A stretch of DNA of 31,206 nucleotides from an uncultured virus (IMG/VR IMGVR_UViG_3300022602_000055) (Duplodnaviria; Heunggongvirae; Uroviricota; Caudoviricetes): IMG/VR virus record IMGVR_UViG_3300022602_000055, one strand, 5' to 3'. The position numbers and the translations under genes were made by a program. The stretch's first letter is position 1, and every line of letters begins with the position of its first letter. The notes under the pieces were generated by a model. That model saw nothing but the letters and a program-made list of their open reading frames with translations. It searched no databases and was not told the origin of the DNA. This document shows positions 1 to 8,483 of the stretch, one piece after another.

Positions 1-115
1 CCTGTGCCGTTTGTGCCGCAGCCTCTTGAGCCGCAATCTCATCTGTCGTGAGGGGAACCATTGTTGTCTCCCCCGTCACGCAATCAACGATTAGGTGCAT
101 AGGTGTATCTGTCAT
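1..115 (-). CDS. Small fibre-associated protein, partial (runs off left edge)
   Basis: Manually read: ATG at 115 after GAAGGGGAAG RBS; MTDTPMHLIVDCVTGETTMVPLTTDEIAAQEAAAQTAQ...; follows the three paralogous fibre-head genes. Confidence 0.7.
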   Translation of the reverse strand, partial: MTDTPMHLIVDCVTGETTMVPLTTDEIAAQEAAAQTAQ

Positions 116-127
116 TTGCTTCCCCTT

Positions 128-652
128 CTAGGAATTTTTGATGCCGTATAAATAAAAATTGCTGTACTGAACAAAGTTGCCACTTGAAGGTGTCAAATCA
201 ATTCTTGTAATGCCAGATGCACCCCTATAAAGATGGGCATTGACTTGAATGTTGGCGTGTGCGGCAGTCGTGTCATTGGTTTCTGCAATGTTTGTCGCAA
301 AATAAGGCTTATTACCAGTGGATTGGTAATTAGGGATGTAAATTTCCATTGAACCAAAAGCGTTAGCAGTAGCGTTGGCACCAGTTACATAGTCATAACC
401 ACCAATACCATTTCCGTCCCGTAATGAAGAAACAGAAAATGAGTTACCAAGAAGTGATGTATAAGAATAGTTTGTTCCAGTATCGCTATTGAGTTTTACT
501 GTTACAAAAATTGCGTAGTTTGCATCATCCCCCCTCGCGCTCACAACCAACTTCAAGTCGTTATACGAGGTAGGAATCGAGGAGAAAGTTACGCTGGCAG
601 TTGTACCGCCGAGGGTTTGGGATGAGATGAGGGTCATTGTTGCGTTAGCCAT
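128..652 (-). CDS. Putative virion fibre-head/beta-sandwich protein, paralog 3 of 3
   Basis: Shares TLG...VTFSSIP..Y.DL.L, NxDTGxNY and terminal LYGI motifs with 663..1157 and 1161..1715. Confidence 0.7.
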   Translation of the reverse strand: MANATMTLISSQTLGGTTASVTFSSIPTSYNDLKLVVSARGDDANYAIFVTVKLNSDTGTNYSYTSLLGNSFSVSSLRDGNGIGGYDYVTGANATANAFGSMEIYIPNYQSTGNKPYFATNIAETNDTTAAHANIQVNAHLYRGASGITRIDLTPSSGNFVQYSNFYLYGIKNS

Positions 653-662
653 TTTTTACCGC

Positions 663-1157
663 CTAAATTCCGAAGAGTGTGGCGATAGTGCCAGTTGAAT
701 AAGTACCAGTAGATACAGTTATGGTTATTGAAGTAATTGCGGCGGTACTTCTCCAAAGACCAATTTCGACACCTACACGACCAGAGCCGTTGTAATCTTC
801 CGATGCGCTAGAAAGCATTACTTTATTAGTTGAGCCAGCATAAGACTGGACATCAATAATAAACATTGATGGAATTGTGGTTGAAGAACCTGCAAAGTCT
901 AAAGGAATGTTGTTTTGTGAAACTGGTGCGCCAGAGATAGCAGATGAACCTAGTCCAATTAAGTAGATTCGGGAATAATTTGTTCCAGTATCCCCATTGA
1001 ATGTTAAGTTTGAATCAGAAGATGCTCCACTTGTAATGATATTACTAATTACCAACCTCAAATCCGTATAAGTGCCAGGGATTGATGAGAAGGTGATAGA
1101 GGCGGCAGCAGAGCCGAGTGTTTGAGTGGCGATAGGAATGTAGGTTGCTGTTGCCAT
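663..1157 (-). CDS. Putative virion fibre-head/beta-sandwich protein, paralog 2 of 3
   Basis: ITFSSIPGTYTDLRL, FNGDTGTNYS, GLWRSTAAITSITI, LFGI. Confidence 0.7.
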   Translation of the reverse strand: MATATYIPIATQTLGSAAASITFSSIPGTYTDLRLVISNIITSGASSDSNLTFNGDTGTNYSRIYLIGLGSSAISGAPVSQNNIPLDFAGSSTTIPSMFIIDVQSYAGSTNKVMLSSASEDYNGSGRVGVEIGLWRSTAAITSITITVSTGTYSTGTIATLFGI

Positions 1158-1160
1158 GAG

Positions 1161-1715
1161 TTAATTACTCCCATACAAGGTTATGGTTCCCGTATAAGTT
1201 CCGCTTAGGACTAAGAGAGTTAATGAAGTAATCGCGGCAGTATTCATCCAAAGTCCCGAATCTAATTCGATTGTTCCTGCCGATGTGTTATTGTTTATGC
1301 CAGTAATAGACTTAAGGGTTTTATACTTATTGGTGTTTGCGTAATCAATAATGTCAATTATTCCTACTTCTGGGTAGGTTGGATAAGTTGAATTCTGGTT
1401 TATGTAAATGAATGCTTGGTTCGCGCCCCCACCATTTGCAGAAGTTGCAGTACCAGAACCAACGAGATTATGAAAAGCATAATTTGAACCAGTATCGCCA
1501 TTGAATTGAACTTTAAATATTGTGTTCGTTGATACAATTAAATTAAATCTCACCTGCAATGATTTGTAGGTGGAAGGGATACTAGAGAAGGTGACGGTGG
1601 AAACGGCAGACGGAGATAGTTGCTGAATTTGGTAGAAGTTACTTGTTGAGGCAGTAGCTCCTAAAAATCCATAACCCCACGCTGAAGCATCCGCTTTTGT
1701 TTGTAGTAATGGCAT
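1161..1715 (-). CDS. Putative virion fibre-head/beta-sandwich protein, paralog 1 of 3, with MPL- N-terminal extension
   Basis: VTFSSIPSTYKSLQV, FNGDTGSNY, GLWMNTAAITSLTL, LYG; immediately downstream of the collagen-like fibre. Confidence 0.7.
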   Translation of the reverse strand: MPLLQTKADASAWGYGFLGATASTSNFYQIQQLSPSAVSTVTFSSIPSTYKSLQVRFNLIVSTNTIFKVQFNGDTGSNYAFHNLVGSGTATSANGGGANQAFIYINQNSTYPTYPEVGIIDIIDYANTNKYKTLKSITGINNNTSAGTIELDSGLWMNTAAITSLTLLVLSGTYTGTITLYGSN

Positions 1716-1717
1716 TT

Positions 1718-3892
1718 TTACGCAAACTTTGTTTGAGAGGCGAAAATCGTATAAGTTGCTGAGGCGGTCTTGTAAATCGTGTAAGAATAAGCATCAATGG
1801 CTGAGGCGTTGCCAGCGGTAGGTGCGGTTCCACCTTGCCACTTAGGGGTGACTGAGGTTCCGTCAATGGTGATTGCTGAAGCGTAGTAAGGCGTTGCGCC
1901 GTTAGTGTTGAGAAATACGCAGGTGACTGATTGGTTATTAGCAAGAAGCGTGTTAAGGGTTGTTCCTGAGTTGCCTCGAAAGTTAAGTGTGAAGTTAGCG
2001 GAAGCCGAAGTCGTGTAATACCAAACGGATGAGGTAATCACATCAAAGTTAATTGTTCCCGTTGCGGCTGAGGCTACCGTGTTAGCACCTTCAAGAAGGC
2101 TGGTTACTACGCCACCGTTGATTACTGGAGATGTAAGGGTTTTATTGGTGAGGGTGTCGGTAGTTGCTCTACCAACAAGTGTGTCTGAAACTGATGGAAT
2201 TGTTGCACCGTTAATCGATGGTGCAGTTATTGACCCGTTGGCTCCTACCGCTACCAGCACCGTTCCCGCAGAGTTCTGCCACTCTTGAAGGTCTGCGGAT
2301 TGCCCTGCGGCCCCTTTAATAATTAGCCCCTTATTACCACTTGCAGAAATGTTTATGGTTTGAGGCGAATTAGTAAAAATGTTAGCATTAGCAAGATACG
2401 GGATAATTGTTGAATCTACTATGAGGTTAGATGCTGAAGTTGTGAGAGATGAGCCGATACCTAAACCGATATTTGCTGAGGTTGAAGTTCCTGAGTTTGT
2501 TATTGGCGCGGTTACGGATATGACACCTGAAGGGCCAGATACGCCTTGCAAGCCTTGAATACCTTGGCTTTGATTAAATCCGCCGCCTTGAAGGCCTTGA
2601 ACACCTTGAGCGCCCTGCGCTCCAGAAAATCCTTGTAAACCTTGAGCTTGATTGAAACCGCCACCTTGAAGACCCTGTAAACCTTGAACGCCTTGAAGAC
2701 CTTGAAGACCTTGAGCACCAATTAAACCTTGTAATCCTTGAGTACCTTGTGCACCTACAAATCCAGATGCTGACAACTCAGTCCACTCATAATGCAAATT
2801 GTCTAAAGTAATGTATGTGTACTCGCTACCAGAGTTTGCATCAATCCAGATGTCATTTTTGTTTGGGTAGGGCGGAGGAGTAGTTGAGAAAGTAACTGCT
2901 GGGTTACCAGTATTTCCCTGTAGACCTTGAAGTCCTGAAGCTCCTTGCAGTCCTTGAGTTCCTTGCATGGAACCAGCAGGACCTTGAATACCTTGCAGCC
3001 CACTACCCTGAACACCTTGCTGACCTTGCAATCCTTGGAGACCTTGAGTACCAGTACCTTGTGTTCCCTGAATACCCTGAACACCAGCGCCCTGCAATCC
3101 TTGAACACCTTGAGAGCCAGATAAGCCTTGACTTCCCATTAATCCTTGGAACCCAGTAGTTCCTTGAGCACCAGCGGGACCAACAGGTCCAGGGTTTCCT
3201 GTCACACCTGCAAAACCAGAGGCGCTGACTTCAACCCACGCGTAGTTAATGTTATCGGCAGTAATCCATGTGTACTCAGAGCCAGAAGTAGAATCTACCC
3301 AGCGGTCACCAATATTTGGCAAAGTTGGGGGAACTGGTCCAAAACTTAATGCAGCATTAGGACCTTGAACACCTTGAGTTCCCTGTACAGAACCTGCTGG
3401 TCCTTGAATACCTTGACCTGCAGGACCTTGAAGTCCCTGCGTTCCTTGGAAGCCTTGAATACCTTGAGAGCCAGACCCTTGGAGACCTTGGAATCCTTGA
3501 ATACCAGAAGAGCCTGTGTTTCCCTGTGTTCCTTGAAATCCTTGAATACCAATTCCACCAACTTGACCTACAGGACCCTGTGTTCCAGAAAAACCTTGTA
3601 CACCTAGAGAGCCTTGAATACCTTGAATGCCAGGACCGCCTTGAACGCCCTGAAATCCTTGAACTCCAAGCCCACCAATAGGACCAATCTGCCCTTGAAG
3701 ACCTTGAAGTCCTTGAGCGCCAATTAAACCTTGAGGACCGAGATTTCCTTGAATACCTTGAGCGCCTGAGCCTATCGGGCCTTGAGTACCTTGAGCACTC
3801 TGGGTTCCTTGGATACCCTGAATACCCTGCGCGCCCACGACAACTGGAAGCCATTGGCTTGAGCCAGTGTCGTAGTACATTAATTGGGCCAT
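1718..3892 (-). CDS. Collagen-like (Gly-X-Gln) tail/capsid fibre protein with C-terminal adaptor domain
   Basis: Long G-X-Q triplet runs; two copies of a P..GD/ND.W.D..SGSEYT domain; TDTLTNKTL fibre motif; C-terminus paralogous to 25467..25922. Confidence 0.85.
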   Translation of the reverse strand: MAQLMYYDTGSSQWLPVVVGAQGIQGIQGTQSAQGTQGPIGSGAQGIQGNLGPQGLIGAQGLQGLQGQIGPIGGLGVQGFQGVQGGPGIQGIQGSLGVQGFSGTQGPVGQVGGIGIQGFQGTQGNTGSSGIQGFQGLQGSGSQGIQGFQGTQGLQGPAGQGIQGPAGSVQGTQGVQGPNAALSFGPVPPTLPNIGDRWVDSTSGSEYTWITADNINYAWVEVSASGFAGVTGNPGPVGPAGAQGTTGFQGLMGSQGLSGSQGVQGLQGAGVQGIQGTQGTGTQGLQGLQGQQGVQGSGLQGIQGPAGSMQGTQGLQGASGLQGLQGNTGNPAVTFSTTPPPYPNKNDIWIDANSGSEYTYITLDNLHYEWTELSASGFVGAQGTQGLQGLIGAQGLQGLQGVQGLQGLQGGGFNQAQGLQGFSGAQGAQGVQGLQGGGFNQSQGIQGLQGVSGPSGVISVTAPITNSGTSTSANIGLGIGSSLTTSASNLIVDSTIIPYLANANIFTNSPQTINISASGNKGLIIKGAAGQSADLQEWQNSAGTVLVAVGANGSITAPSINGATIPSVSDTLVGRATTDTLTNKTLTSPVINGGVVTSLLEGANTVASAATGTINFDVITSSVWYYTTSASANFTLNFRGNSGTTLNTLLANNQSVTCVFLNTNGATPYYASAITIDGTSVTPKWQGGTAPTAGNASAIDAYSYTIYKTASATYTIFASQTKFA
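2530..3836 (-). repeat. 9-nt periodic coding repeat (CAAGGx) encoding Gly-X-Gln collagen triplets
   Basis: Recurrent ccttg at 9-nt periodicity on + strand; boundaries approximate; interrupted by two globular inserts. Confidence 0.85.
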
Positions 3893-3971
3893 ATCGGTTA
3901 CCCCCTATCCTTTTTAAGTGTATTTAAATATGAAAACGAGACTCTCATTATGACACTCTCCACTGTGATAT

Positions 3972-4124
3972 TTATTCTCCTGAAATAAGAGTTTGATTGA
4001 CTAGCTCGTACCCACCCTGCCCACATTGAACGCATACGGTATTAACCTGTGGGTCATTCTCATTGCGTGTTTCGATGTAGCCAGTATTACAACAGGTCGA
4101 AAGATATTCGTATCTGTAATTCAT
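3972..4124 (-). CDS. Small Cys-containing protein (50 aa), possible fibre assembly factor
   Basis: Manually read: GGAG RBS, MNYRYEYLSTCCNTGYIETRNENDPQVNTVCVQCGQGGYELVNQTLISGE. Confidence 0.7.
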   Translation of the reverse strand: MNYRYEYLSTCCNTGYIETRNENDPQVNTVCVQCGQGGYELVNQTLISGE

Positions 4125-4133
4125 TATTGCTCC

Positions 4134-4973
4134 TTAGTAATAAAGAAAGACAACGCCGTTACCACCATTGCCAGCAGTTCCGTTAGTAGAAGCACCGCCT
4201 CCACCACCTCCGCCAGAGCCGCCATTTCCACCGTTATTTGCTGAAGCATTGGCTCCTGCGCCTATGTAACCAGCACCGCCTCCGCCACCACCAAAAGTTA
4301 TACCAGTTCCAGTTGAACCAGTACCACCAGCGTAAAAATCGCCAGTTCCACCTGCTCCACCTGTGCCAACACCTGTTGTTCCTGCTGCACCGCCACCGCC
4401 GCAGATAAGTCCTCTGCCGCCACCATTAGCAGTTTGAGTACCTGTAGCACCTGCAAGACCGCCACCGCCGCCTTGTGAAACACCTGCTGAACCAGCAGTA
4501 CCTGAATTACCACCACCGCCTGCATAGCCAGTAACACCTGCGTTTGCAGCAGGTGCGCCAGTGTAAGAAATAGCAGAAGTGTTACCAGTTGGAGTTGTTG
4601 CACCGCCACCAGCACCGCCACCAGTTCCATTCAAGCCACCTGAACCGCCACCAGCCATCACCATTCCATAGATTGATGAGTTGCCATTATTCGCAGCACC
4701 AGCAGTTGAAGTTCCTGCTCCACCTGCTCCAACAGTTACCGTGTTTGAAATGTAAGTCCACCCTGCGGAATACCCACCTGCTCCACCGCCACCGCCACCA
4801 CCAGTAGTTTGAGTAGAACCTGCCCCACCGCCACCAATGCAGACTGCATAGACGCGCTGAACGCCAGCAGGAATTGTGACTGAGAAAGTACCAGCACTAG
4901 AAAAGGTTTGTTGTAGTTTTAGCCCATAAGGAGAATCACTAAATGATGAATTGTTATAAATAGATGTTGTCAT
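4134..4973 (-). CDS. Glycine-rich (polyglycine helix-type) adhesin-like protein, paralog 2
   Basis: VTIPAGVQRVYAVCIGGGGAG...GGGGGAGGY; ends GGNGVVFLYY. Confidence 0.75.
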   Translation of the reverse strand: MTTSIYNNSSFSDSPYGLKLQQTFSSAGTFSVTIPAGVQRVYAVCIGGGGAGSTQTTGGGGGGGAGGYSAGWTYISNTVTVGAGGAGTSTAGAANNGNSSIYGMVMAGGGSGGLNGTGGGAGGGATTPTGNTSAISYTGAPAANAGVTGYAGGGGNSGTAGSAGVSQGGGGGLAGATGTQTANGGGRGLICGGGGAAGTTGVGTGGAGGTGDFYAGGTGSTGTGITFGGGGGGAGYIGAGANASANNGGNGGSGGGGGGGASTNGTAGNGGNGVVFLYY

Positions 4974-4981
4974 TTTATCTC

Positions 4982-5890
4982 CTAATAGTAAAGGTAAAGG
5001 ATTCCTGCGCCGCCTGTGCCGTCATATGTAGAACCTGCTCCTCCACCGCCACCACCAAGACCGCCATTGCCTGCAGTTGTACCTGAAGCAGCCGAGCCGT
5101 TACCTGCTACGCCAGCACCACCGCCACCTGAGCCGTTTGCACTACTACCAGTTGAACCTGCGCCACCAGTAGTAATTGCCCCTGTGAGGATATTGACTCC
5201 ATTACCACCTGAACCACCTGTGCGAGTTCCAGTATTTGCTGCTTGAGCAGCGCCAGCGCCACCGCCTGCTAAACCATTGCCACCATTTCCTCCAGTGGAG
5301 TTTCCTGTACCTGCAAAGTTATTACGACCACCCCCGCCACCTGAGATTCCATTTCCACCGTTTCCTCCAGTTGCGCCAGCAGTTGTAGCGTCGTAACCGC
5401 CACCGCCACCTGCACCTACGCCTCCGTTTATAGAAGTTGCAGTTCCGACTGCACCGCTTGGAATTCCATAGTAGTTAGTTCCTGCAGAAACACTGCCTTG
5501 AGCGCCAGCCCCAAGTATGCTTGTTGCCGAACCACCGCCACCGCCAGCAATAATGTTTCCGTAACGAGTGTAACCGCCAGCTGTTGCTCCAGTTGAGCCT
5601 GCGCCGACTACACAAGTGCTATTGGCAAGAGTCCAACCCCACGCGATACCGCCAGCACCACCACCCTGTCCGAAGTAACCACCACCGCCACCACCAACTG
5701 CAATGGCATAGACCCAAGTAATTCCGCTAGGAATAGTTACAGATGTAGTACCTGCGTTGATTGTTTGTTGTAATTGTAATCCAAAGGGCGCGATTGAGGA
5801 AGTAAATCCGCTTGGTGTAACTGTGTTAGTAGATGGCATCCATGAATTGACCTGCGAGCCAACTTCTCCGCGACGAATCGGGTTGGACAT
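4982..5890 (-). CDS. Glycine-rich adhesin-like protein, paralog 1
   Basis: PFGLQLQQT..VTIPSGITWVYAIAVGGGGGG; ends GGAGILYLYY; same architecture as 4134..4973. Confidence 0.75.
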   Translation of the reverse strand: MSNPIRRGEVGSQVNSWMPSTNTVTPSGFTSSIAPFGLQLQQTINAGTTSVTIPSGITWVYAIAVGGGGGGYFGQGGGAGGIAWGWTLANSTCVVGAGSTGATAGGYTRYGNIIAGGGGGSATSILGAGAQGSVSAGTNYYGIPSGAVGTATSINGGVGAGGGGGYDATTAGATGGNGGNGISGGGGGRNNFAGTGNSTGGNGGNGLAGGGAGAAQAANTGTRTGGSGGNGVNILTGAITTGGAGSTGSSANGSGGGGAGVAGNGSAASGTTAGNGGLGGGGGGAGSTYDGTGGAGILYLYY

Positions 5891-6240
5891 TATGCGACTC
5901 GGTTTACATAGCCTGAGATGTTTACAACGCTTGCTACTGAGGCGTAAGCATAAACAGTTAATGCCGAGCCTGATGGGGCAAGGATTAGCCCAGGAATTAC
6001 AAGAGTCAGCCCTGAGTTAGCAGGGATTACTTGCTGAATCTGGTTGAGTGTTGCAGTTCCACCAAATTGAATAGTAAGTGTGCGAGCCACTGAATCGGTA
6101 TTGGTGGCATAGAGCCACACTTCGTCAATGGCTGATGTGCCTGTTGCGTGGATAGTCGTACCAGTTGAGGCGATAGCGACAACGGCGATTGGAACGCCTG
6201 TGGTTGCGGCTGATAACGCTACTTTGCTATAAGTTGCCAT
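5890..6240 (-). CDS. Small beta-rich virion adaptor protein
   Basis: AGGAG RBS; MATY start, TNT motif, IPAN motif, terminal ISG; related to 25922..26260. Confidence 0.65.
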   Translation of the reverse strand: MATYSKVALSAATTGVPIAVVAIASTGTTIHATGTSAIDEVWLYATNTDSVARTLTIQFGGTATLNQIQQVIPANSGLTLVIPGLILAPSGSALTVYAYASVASVVNISGYVNRVA

Positions 6241-6249
6241 GTGTTCTCC

Positions 6250-6843
6250 TTAACTAAACATCTGTTGAGATATAATGCCTTGGTCAGAATCATAAATTAC
6301 CGTATTGAGTAGCCCTTGCAGACCTTGTAGGCCTTGTAACCCTTGAGTTCCTTGAGAGCCCTGAGTTCCAAGACCTTGCGTACCTTGAGTACCTTGGGTT
6401 CCTTGAGTTCCAATAGTTCCTTGTACACCTAATGAGCCTTGAATACCCTGAGTTCCTTGTGCGCCCTGAGTACCCGTATTACCCAAATAGCCTTGCGCAC
6501 CAGCAGTACCTTGCGCTCCTTGTAATCCTTGAGCGCCTTGAGCACCTTGAATACCAGTTGTACCTTGAGCGGCTTGTGGTCCTTGTACACCTTGAATACC
6601 TTGAATAGAGCTTGAAGACAGCGTGGTGTTAACCCAAAGAACTCCTTGGTTAGCGGGAGCGGCCGCGCCGAATACGACACCTTGAACTCCGAGGTTTCCT
6701 TGAAGACCTTGAGTTCCTTGAGTACCTTGAGTACCTTGAGTTCCTGGAATTCCTTGAAGGCTATTGCCTACAGTGATATTAACTGGAGCAGGTGGAGTGA
6801 TGGTGATGTTTTGAATTTGCTGACAACCGCAATAGTTACACAT
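6250..6843 (-). CDS. Short collagen-like (Gly-X-Gln) fibre protein with N-terminal CxxCGC
   Basis: G-X-Q repeats; start re-assigned to ATG at 6843, overlapping the upstream stop (TAATG), giving MCNYCGCQQ. Confidence 0.8.
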   Translation of the reverse strand: MCNYCGCQQIQNITITPPAPVNITVGNSLQGIPGTQGTQGTQGTQGLQGNLGVQGVVFGAAAPANQGVLWVNTTLSSSSIQGIQGVQGPQAAQGTTGIQGAQGAQGLQGAQGTAGAQGYLGNTGTQGAQGTQGIQGSLGVQGTIGTQGTQGTQGTQGLGTQGSQGTQGLQGLQGLQGLLNTVIYDSDQGIISQQMFS

Positions 6844-7931
6844 TACCAACTACCTCCTAGAGCTCCAGGAGAATCAGTCACCTCTTGTGTAATAAATACT
6901 TGTCCCTTGATGTAAGTCTGACGCCAGTTTGAATTGACTGTGGATGTTGCGTGCAAATCCCAGAAAGCTCGAGTAGGAAGATATTCGGTATCTGAAGGAT
7001 TAAGAGAAAGCTGAATGACGCTTGATGTAGAAGATGTTGATAGCGTGGTTATAGTAAATGTCGCGTAAATGGAAGGTGACGCTGGGTAGGTACGAATCTG
7101 TGCATTGAATACAAGGTTTGTTACATCAAACGGGAACGTAAAGGTAGTTGCGTATGAGTCGCCTTGGTAAAGAACAATGTCGTATGTTTGAGCATAGCTT
7201 GGCATAGCTTCGTAGCCAGTAAGGTCGTTCTCCAAGTAGACGCGATTTGGTATACGGGAGTCGTCGATTTCTTGAGCGATATACACAGGGATAAGCTTGT
7301 TGGTAGTACGGGAGACGCGGCGTAGGGTTGCCATCTCAATCTTCCATAGCCCGATGTTGAGCTGTGCGCAGAGTGTCTTATATTGCTCAAAGCGCTGTTG
7401 AATGATTCCAGTAAGTTGAGCATAACGCTGAGCTCGTGGGATGACGACGCCATCTGGAGCAGTGATGTTGATGTCAAACGATGCGTCAGTGGCAAGAACC
7501 CATAGACCCTCGATAGCTGCAAGGATGGCAACTGGATACTCTTCTACAGGCTCAATCAGGCTGATAGTCATCTGAGAGCCATAAGAGTTGGTGCGGTTGT
7601 AGGTGTGCTGAGTGACCGCTGTGTTAACAAACTCAGTAATCGTGGAGTCTAGGAAGTAACGGTCCTGAATACCTGTAATTGAGATAGCAGCGTTGTTAGC
7701 GGGAGCTGTAGCAAAGGTGATAATTCCTGTGCTCTGCTCAACCGAATAGCCAGATGGGTATGGGATGGCTGTGCCGTTAACGGTGACAAGCATGTTGGTG
7801 AGTTCAACAGGCTTAGCGTTTACGGTGAACTGAGTACTGACCCCATCTCCTGCTGCAGAAAAGTTAAATTGGGTCTGTTCGTCTCCAAGCTCTAAGCGAG
7901 TTCTTGCAATCAAATCAGCTAATGCAGCCAC
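6843..7931 (-). CDS. Putative head-tail adaptor/neck protein with C-terminal fibre-anchoring (BppU-like) domain
   Basis: Position after capsid genes; LIARTRLELGD N-terminus; GDG..TQF insert; C-terminal YDIVLYQGDS...FWDL...YIKGQVFITQEV. Confidence 0.55.
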   Translation of the reverse strand: MAALADLIARTRLELGDEQTQFNFSAAGDGVSTQFTVNAKPVELTNMLVTVNGTAIPYPSGYSVEQSTGIITFATAPANNAAISITGIQDRYFLDSTITEFVNTAVTQHTYNRTNSYGSQMTISLIEPVEEYPVAILAAIEGLWVLATDASFDINITAPDGVVIPRAQRYAQLTGIIQQRFEQYKTLCAQLNIGLWKIEMATLRRVSRTTNKLIPVYIAQEIDDSRIPNRVYLENDLTGYEAMPSYAQTYDIVLYQGDSYATTFTFPFDVTNLVFNAQIRTYPASPSIYATFTITTLSTSSTSSVIQLSLNPSDTEYLPTRAFWDLHATSTVNSNWRQTYIKGQVFITQEVTDSPGALGGSW

Positions 7932-7956
7932 CCAATACTCCTAACGCTTCCCCTAC

Positions 7957-7992
7957 ATAGTGACATTAATTAATGAAAAAATCTCAATAAAC
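7957..7992 (-). promoter_or_regulatory. Predicted phage promoter GTTTA-N25-CACTAT
   Basis: One of eight sites with identical 25-nt spacing; upstream of the neck/fibre operon. Confidence 0.65.
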
Positions 7993-7993
7993 G

Positions 7994-8017
7994 AAAAAGG
8001 CGCCCAAGCAGGACGCC
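7994..8017 (-). terminator. Intrinsic terminator
   Basis: GGCGTCC-TGCTT-GGGCGCC followed by TTTTT. Confidence 0.75.
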
Positions 8018-8037
8018 CATCTCGCTTAGCTAATGCC

Positions 8038-8406
8038 TTAAATACTGGCAGCTAAATAACCTTTTTCCTTAAGGTGCAGAGCTACATTGCGTGTTACATA
8101 GTAAAGTTGCATAGCCTTAAAGCTGTAGTTATTTCCTTTACCAAGAGTCATGTTGTCAATATCTTGGATAACGCGAATTGGAACCTTATCTTCTTCTTCG
8201 TTAGTCAAATCGACAATATTGTCCACAATAACTGTCTCACGATTAGGTACTGTCGCATCAATAGGCTGGTCAAGAGCCACCTGAGCTTGTGCGCTAATCA
8301 TTGACATAGAAACTGCTTTTTCTTGTTGCTCTTTTTCAAACTTTTCGGCAAGAGCTGCACGAGTACGTCCTGTGACGTCAGTCGGGCTTGGTTGTTGCTT
8401 TGGCAT
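8038..8406 (-). CDS. Hypothetical head-associated protein
   Basis: AGGAG RBS; directly downstream of the major capsid gene. Confidence 0.7.
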   Translation of the reverse strand: MPKQQPSPTDVTGRTRAALAEKFEKEQQEKAVSMSMISAQAQVALDQPIDATVPNRETVIVDNIVDLTNEEEDKVPIRVIQDIDNMTLGKGNNYSFKAMQLYYVTRNVALHLKEKGYLAASI

Positions 8407-8436
8407 GTAAGTATTCTCCTAATTAGTATCTCGGTT

Positions 8437-8468
8437 AAAATAGAGCGAGCTCCGTAGAGCCCGCCCCC
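8437..8468 (-). terminator. Intrinsic terminator after major capsid gene
   Basis: GGGCGGGCTC-TACG-GAGCTCGCTC with cUACGg tetraloop, then TATTTT. Confidence 0.7.
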
Positions 8469-8483
8469 TCTGCTATTAAGTTG

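Noticed and set aside
3893..3971. Ninth GTTTA promoter before the long collagen gene
   Set aside because: A TACACT hexamer is present, but no GTTTA-like box lies 25 nt upstream
2079..6020. Antisense and alternate-frame ORFs over collagen and Gly-rich genes (poly-His, poly-Pro, Arg/Ser-rich)
   Set aside because: Shadows of low-complexity coding sequence with no RBS support
2530..6760. Periodic ccttg repeats as CRISPR array or satellite
   Set aside because: The 9-nt period is explained by in-frame Gly-X-Gln codons; there is no repeat-spacer structure and no cas gene
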